Shown here piece by piece: positions 20,121-29,819 of a DNA stretch of 45,541 nucleotides. The notes beneath the pieces were generated by a model, which was not told the DNA's origin, made no database searches, and saw only the letters and a list, made by a program, of their open reading frames with translations. Position numbers and translations under genes: made by a program. Position 1 is the first letter of the stretch. Each line of letters begins with the position of its first letter. This stretch comes from a virus. Taxonomy: Duplodnaviria; Heunggongvirae; Uroviricota; Caudoviricetes. The stretch is taken from the IMG/VR virus record IMGVR_UViG_3300008262_000026. One strand, 5' to 3'.

Positions 20121-21866
20121 ATGCAAAAATTAAAATCCCATAAGACGGTTGAACAAATAGCGAAGAAGCATCGGTTAGAAGTTTCTTTTGTGCAAAATCA
20201 ACTTGATATGGGAGAACCTATTGAGCACGAACATACTCAAGATCATGATTTGGCGAAATATATTGCTTTACAACATCTTGATGAAATTCCAGATTATTAT
20301 ACTCGTTTAAAGAAAATGGAGGCAGATGCTAAAAGGCATCATAAAAAATTCAAAGATGTAAAAGAAGAAACAAAATCGGGCGATGAAGGTCTTCGTGATT
20401 GGTTTGGTAAATCCAAATCCTCAGATGGTAAAAGTGGATGGGTTCAACTTGGGGGAAAGTGGGCAGGCAAACCATGTGCTCGTCAAGAGGGTCAAACTTC
20501 CACACCAAAATGCGGAAGTTCTAAAATGAAAAGAGCACTTTCAAAAGACGAAGAGGAAGCAGCAAGACGTAGAAAAAATATTCAAGACCCAAATCAACCA
20601 CAAAAAACTGGCGGCACAAAACCAACTAACGTAAGAACTGAAGAAATGGACCTACAAGAAGTCAAAGACAAACCAGGTAAAGGTAGTGGTAAAAAAGATG
20701 CTTGCTATAATAAGGTAAAGTCTAGATATGATGTTTGGCCAAGTGCATATGCTTCTGGAGCACTAGTAAAATGTCGTAAAGTTGGTGCTGCAAACTGGGG
20801 AACTAAATCGGAGGCAACTATGCACGAAGAAGAAAGATACTGTCCTCTATGTGATAAGAGGGAGTCAAGATCTGAATGTTCATATGGCGAAAAGGCATGG
20901 GATAAAGTTTCTGTGAAGGATGAAGAGTATTCTATGGCAAGATCCGAATTAAAAACTATTCACAATGCACTTAAAAGATTAGAAAAGAAGGTTGGTAAAG
21001 GTGAAGGTGATTTGGAAGCATGGGTTCAGTCAAAAATCACTAAGGCAGCAGATTATATTGATACTGCTGCAGACTATGTGGCAAGTGGGGAGATGGAAGA
21101 ACAAAGATTGGTTGATAGAATCATGGACGAAATGAAATGTTGGTCTGGATATGAAAAAAAAGGTACTCAGAAACTTTTTGGCAAGAAATATAACAGGTGC
21201 GTAAAAAAAGAAGATGTGACCATTGAAGATGCAAATGGAAATACATTTGCAGAAGTTGTTGATATTATCAAACCAGAACCAATCAAAGGATTTAAATCAC
21301 AAGTACAAGAAGCAACAAGATTGCAAGCACAAACTGGCAATGTAGTTGGAGTTACTTTGAACTGGAGAGGGAAATATTATTCACTTAAAATGTTTTTCCC
21401 ACAAGTAAAACTTCCAACTCGTAAAGATATTAATGTTGAACTTCAAAAAGTTTACCCAGGATGTAATGTACTTTACCATTCGGTTTCTGAAATTCAACCA
21501 GGACAACCATTAATCCAAGCATTTGGACCTCAGGGAGGAAGCGCATCTAAACCAGGTCCAAATAGAAATTATGTAAAACCTATGGGGGAAGAAGTTGAAA
21601 TTGATGAAGACTGGCAATCAGTCAATCGTAAAGATAAGACTGACGGATTAAGTCCTGCAGCAGTTAATGCATATCGCAGAGAAAATCCAGGTTCAAAACT
21701 ACAAACTGCAGTAACTGAAAAAAATCCTACAGGAAAAAGAGCAAAAAGAAAAAAAAATTTTTGCAGAAGAATGGGAGGAATGAAAAAAAGATTAACATCG
21801 GCAGAAACTGCAAGAGATCCAGACTCAAGAATTAATAAAGCACTTCGTCGTTGGAATTGTAATTAA
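20121..21866 (+). CDS. Modular basic protein, candidate internal-head polyprotein
   Basis: 581 aa made of short Lys/Arg-rich modules (EHEHT..ALQHLDEIPDYY; GLRDWF..W; VWPSAYASG; LEAWVQSKITKAADY; CWSGY; NFCRRM..SRINKALRRWNC) separated by acidic x-x-E linkers. Confidence 0.85.
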   Translation: MQKLKSHKTVEQIAKKHRLEVSFVQNQLDMGEPIEHEHTQDHDLAKYIALQHLDEIPDYYTRLKKMEADAKRHHKKFKDVKEETKSGDEGLRDWFGKSKSSDGKSGWVQLGGKWAGKPCARQEGQTSTPKCGSSKMKRALSKDEEEAARRRKNIQDPNQPQKTGGTKPTNVRTEEMDLQEVKDKPGKGSGKKDACYNKVKSRYDVWPSAYASGALVKCRKVGAANWGTKSEATMHEEERYCPLCDKRESRSECSYGEKAWDKVSVKDEEYSMARSELKTIHNALKRLEKKVGKGEGDLEAWVQSKITKAADYIDTAADYVASGEMEEQRLVDRIMDEMKCWSGYEKKGTQKLFGKKYNRCVKKEDVTIEDANGNTFAEVVDIIKPEPIKGFKSQVQEATRLQAQTGNVVGVTLNWRGKYYSLKMFFPQVKLPTRKDINVELQKVYPGCNVLYHSVSEIQPGQPLIQAFGPQGGSASKPGPNRNYVKPMGEEVEIDEDWQSVNRKDKTDGLSPAAVNAYRRENPGSKLQTAVTEKNPTGKRAKRKKNFCRRMGGMKKRLTSAETARDPDSRINKALRRWNCN

Positions 21867-21883
21867 TACAAAGGAATATTATT

Positions 21884-23536
21884 ATGCCGATCTCAAATGA
21901 TGTATATCTTGGCAATCCATTATTAAAAAAAGCAAATACGCAAATTGAATTTACTCAAGAACAAATTTTAGAATTTGTCAAGTGTAAAGACGATCCTGTT
22001 TACTTTGCAAATAATTATGTAAAAATTGTAACCCTGGATCATGGATTGCAGACGTTTAAACCATATCATTTCCAAGAAAAATTAATTAAAAATTTTCACA
22101 ATTACAGATTTAATATCTGTAAGATGCCTAGGCAAACAGGAAAGAGTACTACTGTTGTTGCTTTTCTTTTGCACTATGCAGTATTCAATGATAACGTGAA
22201 TATTGGCATTCTGGCAAACAAAGCAGCGACTGCAAGAGAACTCTTAGATAGGTTGCAAACCGCATATGAAAATTTACCAAAGTGGATGCAGCAGGGAATT
22301 ATTTCTTGGAACAAAGGTTCCTTGGAACTGGAAAATGGAAGTAAAATCTTGGCTGCTTCTACTTCTGCTTCTGCAGTTCGTGGTATGTCATTCAATATCT
22401 TATTTTTGGATGAATTTGCGTTCGTTCCAAATCATATTGCAGATTCTTTCTTTGCGTCAGTATATCCTACAATTACTTCAGGTAAGAATACTAAAGTAAT
22501 TATAGTTTCTACTCCACACGGTATGAATCACTTCTACCGTATGTGGCATGATGCAGAAAAAGGTAAGAACCAGTATGTATTTACTGATGTTCATTGGAGC
22601 GAAGTTCCGGGAAGAGATGAGGCATGGAAAAAGCAAACCATAGCCAACACGTCAGATCAACAGTTTAAAGTTGAATTTGAATGTGAATTCCTAGGTTCTG
22701 TTGATACGCTGATTGCACCAAGTAAACTCAGAACCCTCGTGTATGACCACCCTAAGACCCGTAGCGCGGGTTTGGACGTATATCAGGACCCTATAGAGGA
22801 ACACGACTATTTGATTACTGTAGACGTTGCTAGAGGTGTTGGAAATGATTATTCCGCGTTCGTTGTGGTTGATATTACCCAGTTTCCTCATAAAGTTGTT
22901 GCAAAATATAGGAACAATGAAATTAAACCTATGCTTTTCCCCAGCATAATATATGAGGCAGCAATGGCATACAATGCCGCATATATTCTATGTGAAGTAA
23001 ATGATGTTGGGGACCAAGTTGCAAGCATTCTTCAATATGATCTGGAATATAATAATCTTCTTATGTGCTCTATGAGGGGTCGTGCTGGGCAAATAGTTGG
23101 TCAGGGATTTTCTGGGAAGAAAACTCAACTTGGCGTTAAGATGTCAAAGACAGTTAAAAAGGTTGGTTGTCTCAATCTCAAGACGATGATTGAGGAAGAC
23201 AAATTATATTTAAATGATTATGAAATCATTAGCGAACTGACTACCTTTATCCAAAAGCATAATTCATTTGAAGCAGAAGAGGGGTGTAACGATGATTTGG
23301 CAATGTGTTTGGTTATCTATGCTTGGATAGTCGCTCAGGATTATTTTAAAGAGTTAACTGATCAGGATGTAAGGAAGAGATTATATGAAGAACAAAGAAA
23401 TCAAATAGAACAGGATATGTCTCCTTTTGGATTTATTTCAGATGGACTTGATGAGAATACTTTTGTTGATGTCGATGGAGACAGGTGGCACGTTGATGAA
23501 TATGGCGATAGGGCATATATGTGGGAATACATGTAA
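21884..23536 (+). CDS. gp17: Terminase large subunit gp17
   Basis: YLGNPLLK start, Walker A region PRQTGKST, Walker B LFLDEFAF, nuclease motifs TVDVARG and DDLAM. Confidence 0.97.
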   Translation: MPISNDVYLGNPLLKKANTQIEFTQEQILEFVKCKDDPVYFANNYVKIVTLDHGLQTFKPYHFQEKLIKNFHNYRFNICKMPRQTGKSTTVVAFLLHYAVFNDNVNIGILANKAATARELLDRLQTAYENLPKWMQQGIISWNKGSLELENGSKILAASTSASAVRGMSFNILFLDEFAFVPNHIADSFFASVYPTITSGKNTKVIIVSTPHGMNHFYRMWHDAEKGKNQYVFTDVHWSEVPGRDEAWKKQTIANTSDQQFKVEFECEFLGSVDTLIAPSKLRTLVYDHPKTRSAGLDVYQDPIEEHDYLITVDVARGVGNDYSAFVVVDITQFPHKVVAKYRNNEIKPMLFPSIIYEAAMAYNAAYILCEVNDVGDQVASILQYDLEYNNLLMCSMRGRAGQIVGQGFSGKKTQLGVKMSKTVKKVGCLNLKTMIEEDKLYLNDYEIISELTTFIQKHNSFEAEEGCNDDLAMCLVIYAWIVAQDYFKELTDQDVRKRLYEEQRNQIEQDMSPFGFISDGLDENTFVDVDGDRWHVDEYGDRAYMWEYM

Positions 23537-23769
23537 TGGACTTAGATAAGCAGATAAAACTGGGGCATTTATTACTTGTAGATCGGCAATGTAGAGTGTG
23601 TGGGATAATGAAAAATTTAACCGATGATTTTTATAGAACACGTAAAGATAGAGGTCCAGTTGCATCTTCATACTCATATGAGTGCAAAGAGTGTTCAATA
23701 AAAAGAATAATCAAAAGTAGAAAAAAAATAAGGTCTCATAGTAATGAGTGGGAATATCCTGACTGGTAA
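23536..23769 (+). CDS. Small Cys4 zinc-binding protein
   Basis: ATG overlaps the g17 stop (TAATG at 23534-23538); CRVC...F...YECKEC motif. Confidence 0.8.
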   Translation: MDLDKQIKLGHLLLVDRQCRVCGIMKNLTDDFYRTRKDRGPVASSYSYECKECSIKRIIKSRKKIRSHSNEWEYPDW

Positions 23770-23812
23770 TTGCGATTCACGTCATGTTTCCCTTATGGAA
23801 AATAAGTTTTTC

Positions 23813-23819
23813 ATAAATA
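23813..23819 (+). promoter_or_regulatory. T4-type late promoter (ATAAATA)
   Basis: Upstream of g18; GGAG SD before the ATG. Confidence 0.75.
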
Positions 23820-23853
23820 TTTTTTAGATAAACTGAGATTAACGGAGAAAAAC

Positions 23854-26052
23854 ATGGCGACTCCTCAATTATCTCCTGGTGTATTAATCAGAGAGGTTGA
23901 TTTAACTGTAGGAAGAGCTGATAATGTACTAGATAACATTGGAGCAATTGCAGGACCATTTGCAATTGGTCCAATTGATGAGGCGATTGACATCACAACA
24001 GAAAAAGAATTACTTAACACTTTTGGAAAGCCACTTTCTACAGATGCTCAATATGAGTATTGGATGAGTGCTTCCTCATTCCTTTCCTACGGTGGTGTTC
24101 TTAAAGTTGTGAGAGTGGATGGTGGAAGTTTAGTAACTGCCAATGCTATTAGAAACTCTTCCGGAGTTTCTACTGCAGGAGAACCAACACTCAAAATTAA
24201 AAATTTTGATGATTATGAGGCAAATTATGCAGACGATATTGCAAATTATATTTTTGCCGCCAAAACTCCGGGATCCTGGGCAAACAACCTAAAAGTTTGT
24301 GTAATTGACGATAAAGCAGATCAAATTATTACAGTCGGATCCGCAGTTGCAGACCAAGCATCAGTTGGGATGGGGTTAACAACAACCTTGGTAAATGTCC
24401 CATCTGCAGGAATTGGTACTACTTCATTATTTAACGGTTACTTGAAAGGAATTGTAACTGGCGTAGGCGCAAGCACTCTTGAAGTCAAAGTAAGTTCTTT
24501 AGTTTCCACTGATGGCACTGAAACTCCAATAACTTATGCAGCCAAGTCACAATTGCAATCATTCAAACCTTCTACTGGCGGGGGAACTATTGCGGTCAAT
24601 CTAATTGATTCTTCTGGCACATTGGTCGATTCTTCATCAGTAAATACTGGACCTAATCCAATTCTCGATTGGTATGACCAACAAGTATTACAACTATCAA
24701 ATACTTCAATTTATTGGAATTCAATTGCACCGAAACCAAGAACTTCACAATATGCAGCAAATAGAAATGGAAGAAGTGACGAGATTCATGTAGTTGTCAT
24801 TGATGACACTGGTACAGTTACTGGAATTCAAGGCAATCTTCTCGAAAAACATGTTGGATTGTCAAAAGCAACTGATGCAGTTTCTGCAGTAAATTCTCCC
24901 CAACAAATATGGTGGAAGAACTATTTGTCTCTTTATTCAAAGTATGTTTATGTTGGAGATAATCCTTCAGATGAACTAAATGTCAATGAACCAGTTGTAG
25001 CTACTGGATTCTCCACTGCATTTACTGAGTTTACAAATTCACAAGGTCTTTGGAATAAAGACGCTCAAGATAAAACATATAGTGCTCTAGGAAATGTAAC
25101 GTATACATTAGGAGGCGGAAAAGATTATTCCGCTACTGGAGGAATGACCGCAATTCTTGGGGATTTATTTACCGCATATAATTTATTCTCAAATGCGGAT
25201 GAAATTGAAGTTGATTACTTAATCATGGGTCCAGGCCTTCAGAATAAATTTGAGTCGCAGGCAAAAGCAAATCATCTAATTTCTATTGCTAACGGAAGAA
25301 AGGATTGTGTTGCAGTAATTTCTCCCCACCGCGCAGATGTTGTTGATCTCACAAATACTGATACCCAAACTGACAATATCATAGAATTCTTCTCGCCACT
25401 TTCTTCTTCATCATATGCAGTTTTTGACAGTGGGTATAAGTACACCTATGATAGATTCAATAATAAATTCCGTTACATTCCATGTAATGGGGATGTGGCA
25501 GGTCTGATGGTAAGAACAAATGTAGTTGCTTACCCATGGTTCTCTCCCGCAGGACAACAAAGAGGAATTTTGAATAATGCAATCAAACTTGCATATAATC
25601 CAAATAAGGCTCAAAGAGACCAATTATATCCACAACGAATTAATTCAATTATTAATCAACCGGGTATAGGTATTCTTCTTTTTGGTGATAAAACGGCACT
25701 AGGTTACGCATCTGCATTTGATAGAATTAATGTTCGTCGCCTATTCCTTACGGTGGAGCAAGCACTCAAAAGAAGTGCCGAGGCTCAATTATTTGAACTG
25801 AACGATGCGATTACAAGAGCAAACTTTGTCAATATTGTTGAACCATATCTCCGCGATGTTCAAGCAAAGCGTGGACTTTATGGATTCTTAGTTGTTTGTG
25901 ATTCTTCCAATAATACTCCAGATGTTATTGATAACAATGAATTTAGAGCTGATATTTACCTGAAACCAGCAAAATCCATTAATTATGTCACACTTACCTT
26001 TGTTGCTACCAGAACCGGAGTAAGTTTTGAAGAAGTTGCTGGTGCTGTTTGA
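23854..26052 (+). CDS. gp18: Tail sheath protein gp18
   Basis: LSPGVLIREVDLT, YAVFDSGYKY, PWFSPAG..RG, AFDRINVRRLF, KSINYVTLTFVATRTGVSFEE motifs. Confidence 0.97.
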   Translation: MATPQLSPGVLIREVDLTVGRADNVLDNIGAIAGPFAIGPIDEAIDITTEKELLNTFGKPLSTDAQYEYWMSASSFLSYGGVLKVVRVDGGSLVTANAIRNSSGVSTAGEPTLKIKNFDDYEANYADDIANYIFAAKTPGSWANNLKVCVIDDKADQIITVGSAVADQASVGMGLTTTLVNVPSAGIGTTSLFNGYLKGIVTGVGASTLEVKVSSLVSTDGTETPITYAAKSQLQSFKPSTGGGTIAVNLIDSSGTLVDSSSVNTGPNPILDWYDQQVLQLSNTSIYWNSIAPKPRTSQYAANRNGRSDEIHVVVIDDTGTVTGIQGNLLEKHVGLSKATDAVSAVNSPQQIWWKNYLSLYSKYVYVGDNPSDELNVNEPVVATGFSTAFTEFTNSQGLWNKDAQDKTYSALGNVTYTLGGGKDYSATGGMTAILGDLFTAYNLFSNADEIEVDYLIMGPGLQNKFESQAKANHLISIANGRKDCVAVISPHRADVVDLTNTDTQTDNIIEFFSPLSSSSYAVFDSGYKYTYDRFNNKFRYIPCNGDVAGLMVRTNVVAYPWFSPAGQQRGILNNAIKLAYNPNKAQRDQLYPQRINSIINQPGIGILLFGDKTALGYASAFDRINVRRLFLTVEQALKRSAEAQLFELNDAITRANFVNIVEPYLRDVQAKRGLYGFLVVCDSSNNTPDVIDNNEFRADIYLKPAKSINYVTLTFVATRTGVSFEEVAGAV

Positions 26053-26085
26053 TTTTAATTAAAACACTAAAAGGAGGAATCAAAA

Positions 26086-26676
26086 ATGTCACACTCAATT
26101 CAGGATTTCAAAAAAGCACTTAGAGGTGGTGGTGCAAGGCCCAATCTATTTGAAGTTGCTATTCCCTCACTTCCTAGTGGGATTGATTTTGGTGGTACTG
26201 ATGGCCAAGATAATTTCAGTATGCTATGCAAGTCAGCCGCTTTACCAGCATCCAATATTGCTTCAATTGATGTTCCCTTTAGAGGAAGAATCTTCAAAGT
26301 TGCTGGCGATAGAACATATGATACTTGGACAGTAACAGTTCTGAATGATGAAGATTTTGCTGTTAGAAATGCTATGGAAAGGTGGATGCAAAAAATTGGT
26401 CAATATGGTGATGCAAGCGGTGACACCAACCCTGCAGATTATATGGTAGATGCTTACGTGAAGCAGTATAAAAGATCTGCGTCTAATACCGGATTCAATA
26501 CTCCTACTGGACAAGGATTAGAAGCAGCTGCTCTCTATAAGTTCTATTCTATTTTCCCAACTAACGTTGCTGCTATTGATTTGTCATACGATAGTTCTGA
26601 TACCATTGAGGAATTTACTGTAGAATTCCAAGTTCAATACTGGACTCCTCAAGGTGCCCAGGAAGCGTGGCAATAA
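26086..26676 (+). CDS. gp19: Tail tube protein gp19
   Basis: GGGARPNLFEV, VPFRGR.FKVAGDRT, EEFTVEFQVQYW motifs; AGGAGG SD. Confidence 0.96.
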   Translation: MSHSIQDFKKALRGGGARPNLFEVAIPSLPSGIDFGGTDGQDNFSMLCKSAALPASNIASIDVPFRGRIFKVAGDRTYDTWTVTVLNDEDFAVRNAMERWMQKIGQYGDASGDTNPADYMVDAYVKQYKRSASNTGFNTPTGQGLEAAALYKFYSIFPTNVAAIDLSYDSSDTIEEFTVEFQVQYWTPQGAQEAWQ

Positions 26677-26679
26677 ATA
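26673..26679 (+). promoter_or_regulatory. T4-type late promoter (ATAAATA)
   Basis: Overlaps the g19 stop, upstream of g20. Confidence 0.7.
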
Positions 26680-26709
26680 GTAACAGTAAAGTAGGATTGA
26701 ACTTTAATA

Positions 26710-28392
26710 ATGGCAAGATTATTTGGATTTTCTATTGATGATAATGAAGAGTTGTCATCAAGTGCAATCTCCCCCGTTCCTCCCAATAAGGAGGACGGGG
26801 TTGACCACTATTTAAGTAGTGGGTTTTTTGGTTCATATGTAGATATTGAAGGTGTCTATAGAACAGAATTTGACCTTATCAAAAGATATCGTGAAATGGC
26901 ACTACATCCAGAGTGTGATAGTGCGATTGAGGATATTGTAAATGAAGCAATTGTAAGTGATACAAATGATAGTCCTGTCCAAATTGATTTGGACAATCTA
27001 AATGCAAGTGATGGAATTAAAAAGAAAATAAGAGAAGAGTTTAAATATATTTTAGAACTCCTAGACTTTGACAAAAAATCGCACGAAATCTATAGGAATT
27101 GGTACGTTGATGGTAGACTTTATTATCACAAAGTAATTGATTTAAAGAGACCCGAAGCAGGAATACTTGAACTGAGATACATTGACGCAATGAAAATGCG
27201 TTATGTTCGTCAAGCAAAGAAAAAGGAAGGGGATAAGTATAAAGTTTCAAATAGGATGATTAATAATCCAATGGATTATGAATTTCCGGAAATTGAAGAG
27301 TATTTCATTTATGAACCAAAAATGACATACCCAACAGGTACTCCAGCTCCTGGTGCATTGGGTGGGTCAAATTCTGGAATCAGAATGACTAAAGATTCAA
27401 TAACTTATTGTACTTCTGGACTTGTAGATAGAAATAAAGGATCTTCTCTTTCATACCTACACAAGGCAATTAAGTCACTCAACCAGTTAAGAATGATTGA
27501 GGACTCTCTGGTAATTTACCGCCTATCAAGAGCACCAGAAAGAAGAATTTTTTACATTGACGTTGGCAATCTACCGAAAGTAAAGGCTGAGCAATATCTT
27601 CGCGATGTTATGATGAGATACCGAAATAAACTGGTGTACGATGCGAACACTGGGGAAATTCGCGATGATAAGAAGTTTATGGCAATGCTTGAAGATTTCT
27701 GGTTGCCAAGAAGAGAAGGTGGCAGAGGAACTGAAATTACTACTCTACCAGGCGGACAAAATCTTGGAGAAATTACTGATATTGAGTACTTTAAGAAAAA
27801 ACTATACCAATCTCTGAATGTTCCCCCATCAAGAATGGATGGAGAAGGTGGATTTAATCTGGGACGTTCATCTGAGATTTTACGAGATGAAGTTAAGTTC
27901 AGTAAATTTGTATCTAGATTGAGAAAGAGATTCTCATATATGTTCAGTGATATGCTGAGAACTCAGTTGATTTTGAAGAATATCATTACTCCAGAAGACT
28001 GGAATGCTATGGACGAGCATATCCAATATGACTTCTTATATGATAACCATTTTGCGGAATTGAAGGACGCAGAACTTCTCAACGAAAGGTTGAATATGGT
28101 TCAAGTTGCAGAACCTTACATTGGCAAATATTTTTCGCAAGATTATGTAAGACGTAAGATTCTGAGACAAACTGATATTGAAATCCTAGAGCAGGACAAA
28201 ATAATCAAAAAAGAAATAGAGGAAGGAATTATTCCAGATCCAAATCAACCCGTAGATCCAGCAACTGGATTGCCATTGGATCAAACTTCACAAATGGATT
28301 TGGGACAACCAGTGATGGAACCAGAGATTGATGCTAGTGCAACTCAACCGAGTACAAAAGCAGTAGATATGCCAAAAGGTGGTGAAATATAA
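26710..28392 (+). CDS. gp20: Portal vertex protein gp20
   Basis: YRLSRAPERRIFYIDVGNLPK.KAEQYLR, EDFWLPRREGGRGTEITTLPGG motifs. Confidence 0.98.
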   Translation: MARLFGFSIDDNEELSSSAISPVPPNKEDGVDHYLSSGFFGSYVDIEGVYRTEFDLIKRYREMALHPECDSAIEDIVNEAIVSDTNDSPVQIDLDNLNASDGIKKKIREEFKYILELLDFDKKSHEIYRNWYVDGRLYYHKVIDLKRPEAGILELRYIDAMKMRYVRQAKKKEGDKYKVSNRMINNPMDYEFPEIEEYFIYEPKMTYPTGTPAPGALGGSNSGIRMTKDSITYCTSGLVDRNKGSSLSYLHKAIKSLNQLRMIEDSLVIYRLSRAPERRIFYIDVGNLPKVKAEQYLRDVMMRYRNKLVYDANTGEIRDDKKFMAMLEDFWLPRREGGRGTEITTLPGGQNLGEITDIEYFKKKLYQSLNVPPSRMDGEGGFNLGRSSEILRDEVKFSKFVSRLRKRFSYMFSDMLRTQLILKNIITPEDWNAMDEHIQYDFLYDNHFAELKDAELLNERLNMVQVAEPYIGKYFSQDYVRRKILRQTDIEILEQDKIIKKEIEEGIIPDPNQPVDPATGLPLDQTSQMDLGQPVMEPEIDASATQPSTKAVDMPKGGEI

Positions 28393-28395
28393 ATA
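28388..28395 (+). promoter_or_regulatory. T4-type late promoter (TATAAATA)
   Basis: Exact consensus overlapping the g20 stop; serves the remnant ORF that follows. Confidence 0.8.
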
Positions 28396-28413
28396 ACAAA
28401 GATTATTATCAGG

Positions 28414-28491
28414 TATGCTAAGGCAGCAGAAAAGGTTGATGGGTTTCGTCCCGATGTAGCCAATCATTTGTTTAATAACGAAGAAGACTGA
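28414..28491 (+). pseudogene. 3' remnant of the small post-g20 prohead-core-like gene (gp67 position)
   Basis: Reads YAKAAEKVDGFRPDVANHLFNNEED* with no in-frame ATG back to the g20 stop; the only ATG (28415) is out of frame. Homology to the cyanophage post-g20 ORF is from recall. Confidence 0.6.
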
Positions 28492-28528
28492 GAGAAATTT
28501 ACCGAAAGTTAGTAGGTAATCCACAATT

Positions 28529-28536
28529 TATAAATA
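28529..28536 (+). promoter_or_regulatory. T4-type late promoter (TATAAATA)
   Basis: Exact consensus 24 nt upstream of ATG 28561. Confidence 0.85.
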
Positions 28537-28560
28537 ACTAATAAGTGTATTTTAAAAATA

Positions 28561-29112
28561 ATGGCGCATAGACCAGTTGGACTTGGCACATCATTTGCCA
28601 CATCATCAACATCAGCACAATCTACATCATTTTCTGTTCAATCAAATGTCTTGAGAGTGGTGGCAACTGGTGGCAATACTTTCGTTGCCATTGGCACCAA
28701 TCCAACAGCAACTACTGGTGATTATCTAGTTCCTTCGGGAACTTCGGCAACTCTTGCTTTAACAAAGGCATCCAATAGAGTTGTGGGAGTTACTACCGGA
28801 ACAACTACAACTATTATTTTTGCAGAAGGAACTCAATGTCCTTTTGGTGTAGGTGACTATGTTACCTTAACTGCGAATGGGCAAAGTTATTATGATTTTA
28901 CACACCAACCAGTAATTTCAGTGGATACCTCATCTGGATATGATGGATATCATCAAACCAGATGTTCTATTGACACTAACACCAGTGGAATTTTGACTGC
29001 ATTTTCGTCAGTAAATGCAACTCTAACAAATTCCCTTAAAGTTGCCGCAAGAACTGATACCGGAACGGGTGTTCTTTATTTACAACAAGTACAAATTTCA
29101 GGACAAGCATAA
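28561..29112 (+). CDS. Late hypothetical protein (Ser/Thr/Gly-rich, probably beta-rich and structural)
   Basis: 183 aa with own late promoter, between g20 and g21; stop overlaps the g21 start (TAATG). Confidence 0.85.
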   Translation: MAHRPVGLGTSFATSSTSAQSTSFSVQSNVLRVVATGGNTFVAIGTNPTATTGDYLVPSGTSATLALTKASNRVVGVTTGTTTTIIFAEGTQCPFGVGDYVTLTANGQSYYDFTHQPVISVDTSSGYDGYHQTRCSIDTNTSGILTAFSSVNATLTNSLKVAARTDTGTGVLYLQQVQISGQA

Positions 29113-29762
29113 TGAAACTCATCAGAGAAGAAGTAGAAAAGGTAAAGGTCATTACCGAAGAAAAAAACGGTAAAAAAAATCTTTATATTCAAGGAGTATT
29201 TCTTCAGAGTGAATGTGTAAATCGTAATGGAAGAATGTATCCCTTTGCAATTATGGAGAGGGAGGTCAAGAGGTATAATGAAAATTACGTTCAAAAAGGA
29301 CGTGCATTAGGAGAACTTGGACATCCTGATGGCCCTACTGTAAATCTTGATAGAGTTTCTCATAAAATTGTTGAACTCTATCAAAAAGGAAATAATTTTG
29401 TAGGCAAGGCTCAAATTTTATCCACACCAATGGGCAAAATTGCAGAGGCACTTTTGAGTGATGGCGTTACTCTCGGCGTTTCCTCTCGGGGTATTGGTTC
29501 ACTTAGAGAAAATAACAGAGGATACAAGGAAGTAGGCGAAGATTTTATGCTTGCCACTGCTGCTGATATTGTTGCCGATCCCTCTGCACCTGATGCATTT
29601 GTCCAGGGAATTATGGAAGGAAAAGAGTGGTGTTGGGAAGGTGGAGTCCTAAGAGAAAAAGCAGCATACAATACAAAGAAAAAAATAAATAGTTTAGTTG
29701 ACGAAGGTATTCTTGAAGAGTACAAATTATCGTTGTTCAATGAGTTCTTAAATTCATTGTAA
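29112..29762 (+). CDS. gp21: Prohead protease gp21
   Basis: NRNGRMYP, RALGELGHP (His), GVSSRG (Ser), DIVADPSAPDAFV motifs. Confidence 0.97.
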   Translation: MKLIREEVEKVKVITEEKNGKKNLYIQGVFLQSECVNRNGRMYPFAIMEREVKRYNENYVQKGRALGELGHPDGPTVNLDRVSHKIVELYQKGNNFVGKAQILSTPMGKIAEALLSDGVTLGVSSRGIGSLRENNRGYKEVGEDFMLATAADIVADPSAPDAFVQGIMEGKEWCWEGGVLREKAAYNTKKKINSLVDEGILEEYKLSLFNEFLNSL

Positions 29763-29772
29763 ATAATTAAAT

Positions 29773-29780
29773 TATAAATA
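29773..29780 (+). promoter_or_regulatory. T4-type late promoter (TATAAATA)
   Basis: Exact consensus upstream of g22. Confidence 0.85.
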
Positions 29781-29819
29781 AATATAGTTTATAACTTAAA
29801 GGTTAAACGGAGAGTTCAA

